Positions 63,429-64,000 of a DNA stretch of 64,000 nucleotides are shown here, one piece after another. The notes below the pieces were generated by a model. The model ran no database searches and was not told where the DNA came from. It saw only the letters and a list, made by a program, of their open reading frames with translations. Position 1 is the stretch's first letter, and every line of letters begins with the position of its first letter. This DNA is from an uncultured delta proteobacterium (GTDB lineage: Bacteria; Myxococcota_A; Polyangia; Polyangiales; Polyangiaceae): NCBI GenBank assembly GCA_963841435.1, contig CAWJCS010000005.1, positions 832,001 to 896,000 of the forward strand. The letters are read 5' to 3'. A program made the translations under genes and the position numbers.

Positions 63429-63537
63429 AGGCCGCGCCGCCGTGCGGAGCGGAGGCCCCGGGGTGGGGCTGGGTCGCGTTGCGGCTCGAGACCGCGGGTT
63501 CCTTGACAGGCAGTAGCGCTCGCCATATGTACTGAAT

Positions 63538-64000
63538 GTGCGAGCCAACTCGGAGGCCAGCGCGGCGAGCGTCCCGGGCAGCGCAGGAGGTCGGAGCGCC
63601 GGCTCAGGGTTGGTCCCGGTGAAGTGCCCGCTCTGTGAGGGGGCCCGCACCGTGAAGACCGTGAGGGCTCGCCACGACATCTTCTTGCCGGAGCTGGGTC
63701 TCCCGTTGGAGGGGAGCACCTGGGTCATCTGTCGCGACTGCGGCGTGGTCTTTCAGAGCCCGCGGCCCGGACCCGAGCTGATGAACCGCTTCTACAGCGG
63801 AGGGTTCTATCACTCCGTTCAGACGCAGAAGTTGTCCGAAGCCGGGCTCAACACCAAGCGCACTCAGGTAGAGAGCCAAATCGATTGGCTCGAGGAGGTG
63901 GCCGGTCGCGAGCTCTCCTCCAACCGGCGCGCGCTCGAGCTCGGGTGCGGCCCCGGGGTCGCGCTCGACGTGCTCAGGCAGCGCGGATGGGAGGTTCGGG
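63538..64000 (+). CDS. Zn-finger class I SAM methyltransferase (partial, runs off the right edge)
   Basis: Hand translation: 'KCPLCEG..ICRDCGVVFQSPRP..ALELGCGPGVALDVLRQRGWEV'. Confidence 0.8.
   Translation, partial: MRANSEASAASVPGSAGGRSAGSGLVPVKCPLCEGARTVKTVRARHDIFLPELGLPLEGSTWVICRDCGVVFQSPRPGPELMNRFYSGGFYHSVQTQKLSEAGLNTKRTQVESQIDWLEEVAGRELSSNRRALELGCGPGVALDVLRQRGWEVR

Noticed and set aside
63503-63533. sigma70 promoter TTGACA-N17-TATGTA
   Set aside because: Perfect -35 but weak -10; not supportable without transcript data.

Overview
High-GC DNA that looks myxobacterial (Polyangiaceae/Sorangium-like): Gly-rich lipoproteins, a MYXO-CTERM protein and an ECF-sigma/FecR-TPR locus. The window is an accessory or mosaic region. 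Intact modules are separated by many gene fragments and IS remnants, and single-base frameshifts are frequent (probably long-read errors), so some junctions may be assembly chimeras. Coding content: a four-esterase cluster with a divergent ECF/FecR/LamG block, two TIR proteins, PD-(D/E)XK-type nucleases, several toxin-antitoxin or Fic modules, and a polysaccharide-modification cluster at the right end. A PlpX-like radical SAM/SPASM gene sits upstream of a zinc-ribbon, Gly-rich protein with two MPxYGGA motifs (candidate tyramine-excising 'spliceotide' system). Mobile and non-coding content: an orphan type I-G-like CRISPR mini-array abutting a truncated IS21 istB; an IS3 carrying nested IS4 and IS30 insertions; many IS91/ISCR-type fragments, including a discrete ~100-bp element with an oriIS-like end in 4 copies; a structured 86-bp insertion; a solitary attC-like site; a MazEF module bracketed by duplicated glyQS 3' ends; and three att-like repeats resembling a tRNA-fMet 3' end that separate small cargo modules. 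All family assignments come from reading motifs by eye; no database search was run.
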